Source of the DNA: Schizosaccharomyces osmophilus
Lineage: Eukaryota
NCBI RefSeq assembly: GCF_027921745.1
Contig: NC_079240.1
Span: 1,798,001-1,862,000 of the forward strand
Reading direction: 5' to 3'
Length of the DNA: 64,000 bases
In this document: one piece after another, positions 61,885-64,000 of the stretch
Position numbering within the stretch: the stretch's first letter is position 1
Layout of the letters: each line of letters begins with the position of its first letter
Notes under the pieces: generated by a model
The model's input: only the letters and a program-made list of their open reading frames with translations
The model's database searches: none
Told to the model about the DNA's origin: nothing
Translations under genes and position numbers: made by a program

Positions 61885-62217
61885 CCGACTCGTCTGCTTA
61901 GAAAACGGATAAAGATACGATAGTATTAGACATTAAAAAAGAATGAATATCTTCTTTTTCTCATCATAAAACAATTCGTTTTTTAAATTCCTTTCATGTA
62001 ATTATCCTTCTTTTGTGATTGAATTTTGAATGCGCTGCAATGCAATAATAGAAAGTAGCGATGGGGAACGTACCAACATTTATGTTCGTTAATCATTGCA
62101 TTTTCTGCGGTGTAGTACGCTTTTATGAATATGGAGACGTAACGATAAACGTTATTCTGGATCTTTCTCTTACTTCTTGGGATCTACAAAGCTGCCAACA
62201 ACACATATTCTTGGAAG

Positions 62218-63387
62218 ATGAATGTAACTGAAGAAACAGAGCTTTATAATCGCTGGAAAGCGTTACAAAGACAGCTGGAATTATTGGATTTACAGGAAGG
62301 ATTCGTCAAAGAAGACTGCAAGTCGTTAAAGCGTGAATTAATACGTGCTCAAGAAGAAGTTAAGCGGATTCAGTCAGTGCCTCTAGTGATTGGCCAATTC
62401 TTGGAAGCTATAGATCAAAACACAGCCATTGTTGGAAGCACCACCGGCTCTAATTATGTAGTTCGGATATTAAGTACTCTTGATCGAGAGTTACTAAAAC
62501 CTTCTGCCAGTGTAGCTCTTCAACGTCACTCAAATGCCCTGGTCGACATTTTACCTCCTGAGGCCGACTCTTCTATCTCAATGCTCCGTCCAGAAGAGCG
62601 CCCTGATGTCACATACAATGATGTTGGTGGTTTAGATATTCAAAAACAAGAAGTTCGTGAAGCAATCGAATTACCCTTAACGCAGGGTGATCTCTATCGT
62701 CAAATTGGTATCGATCCTCCTCGTGGTGTTTTACTTTACGGACCCCCTGGTACTGGTAAAACCATGTTGGTAAAGGCCGTCGCCAACTCTGTAAACGCCA
62801 ATTTCATTCGAGTTGTTGGTTCCGAGTTTGTTCAAAAATACTTGGGTGAAGGCCCTCGTATGGTGCGTGATGTTTTCCGTATGGCACGAGAAAATGCACC
62901 TGCCGTTATTTTTATTGATGAGATTGATGCTATTGCTACGAAACGTTTCGATGCTCAAACCGGTGCCGACCGTGAAGTGCAACGTATTTTAATCGAATTG
63001 TTAACTCAAATGGATGGTTTTGACCAAGGCGCTAATGTTAAGGTCATGATGGCCACCAATCGTGCTGACACACTAGATCCTGCCCTCCTTCGTCCTGGCC
63101 GTCTAGACCGTAAAATTGAATTTCCCGCTTACCGTGATCGTCGTCAACGCCGTCTTGTCTTTCAAACAATCACTGCTAAGATGTCTCTTTCCCCTGAGGT
63201 GGATTTGGATACCTTTATTATGCGTCCAGATGCCTCTAGCGGTGCTCAAATTTCTGCTATTATGCAGGATGCCGGATTGTTGGCTGTCCGTAAAAGCCGT
63301 GGTATAATTCTTCAAAGCGATATAGAAGAGGCCTATGCACGTGCTGTTAAGCCTACTGACATGGAACAATTTGCTTTCTACAAGTAA
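62218..63387 (+). CDS. rpt3: 26S proteasome AAA-ATPase Rpt3
   Basis: [57 protein letters not shown]. Confidence 0.97.
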   Translation: MNVTEETELYNRWKALQRQLELLDLQEGFVKEDCKSLKRELIRAQEEVKRIQSVPLVIGQFLEAIDQNTAIVGSTTGSNYVVRILSTLDRELLKPSASVALQRHSNALVDILPPEADSSISMLRPEERPDVTYNDVGGLDIQKQEVREAIELPLTQGDLYRQIGIDPPRGVLLYGPPGTGKTMLVKAVANSVNANFIRVVGSEFVQKYLGEGPRMVRDVFRMARENAPAVIFIDEIDAIATKRFDAQTGADREVQRILIELLTQMDGFDQGANVKVMMATNRADTLDPALLRPGRLDRKIEFPAYRDRRQRRLVFQTITAKMSLSPEVDLDTFIMRPDASSGAQISAIMQDAGLLAVRKSRGIILQSDIEEAYARAVKPTDMEQFAFYK

Positions 63388-64000
63388 TTTGATTCTTACT
63401 GTTTTTTCTCCTTTTTTATGGTAACTTCCGTATGTTTTTCCTCGTCCGCTTTGACTTATTCCTTATACCCATAGAAGTTTGTTTGAATGAAAACAACCTA
63501 CCTTCCCGACACATGATGGATTATGTTGATCTTTTTCTCACAGCAGTACTTGATTTGAGATGACACAAAAATAAATTTTCACGCTATTCTTTTTTTTCTC
63601 TCCGAAGTGTTTCGTATTTTTTCATTGACCAAACAGCCCGGAGCTTATTTTTATAAAATGACTTATGTATCTGTAAATTATATGGTATGTCTTAATCTTA
63701 AATAGTGAATCATAAGTAGTAGACTCTTCTACTGCGGTTTCAAACATGATAGAACCTAGCACTTGAACAATTGCTTGAATTGAAACGGCACTTCTTGCTA
63801 CTTGTTGATTTACACAGCAAGTTATCGTTCTTCCAGCCTTTCCATATTGCACGCTCATTGTATCTTTTAGTATATTCACTATGACTACATTTCATGCTTG
63901 CGTGCGGTGTATGAGTGAGCAAAATGTAATTCAGATTTAAGCAGCACCTTACAGAGTTAATAATGAATGCGAGGTACTTTGCGTGCTCGACTTAGAAAAG

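Noticed and set aside
61211..61912. 233-aa ORF antisense to rpl15 (and 188-aa alternate-frame ORF)
   Set aside because: Explained by the strong codon bias of a highly expressed gene; the same holds for shadow ORFs over lsc2, rpt3 and swc5.
63622..63922. Short minus-strand ORFs at the window end
   Set aside because: No recognisable homology and non-ATG starts; cannot be judged at the window edge.
1..64000. CRISPR arrays, retrotransposon ORFs, prokaryotic systems
   Set aside because: The sequence is eukaryotic; no repeat-spacer periodicity and no gag/pol/transposase motifs were seen.

Overview
Eukaryotic, intron-rich DNA from a non-pombe fission yeast, most likely the Schizosaccharomyces octosporus/cryophilus/osmophilus group (species cannot be fixed from this window). 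It holds about 35 housekeeping and meiotic genes, orthologous from memory to S. pombe chromosome III cosmids c1620, c126 and c576 (snf22 3' end through rpt3), plus three tRNA genes (Asn, Asp, Trp). I rebuilt spliced models by hand from GT..branch..AG signals; several genes (mhf2, lsm2, sap18 exon 1, bet4, twf1) are missing or fragmented in the ORF track. No transposon, LTR, 5S rDNA, wtf gene or CRISPR array was recognised. Main observations: (1) two divergent gene pairs whose start codons are only 9 bp (swc5/mhf2) and 13 bp (sap18/prp18) apart; (2) a ~28 kb block apparently inverted relative to S. pombe, with both junctions where S. pombe carries wtf22 and wtf23; (3) a candidate 4-exon orphan gene in the gap before tRNA-Trp; (4) a DSR-like motif cluster in fzr3; (5) a long intron, uORF and FLEX site at zip2. 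Ortholog names and S. pombe gene order are recalled, not searched.
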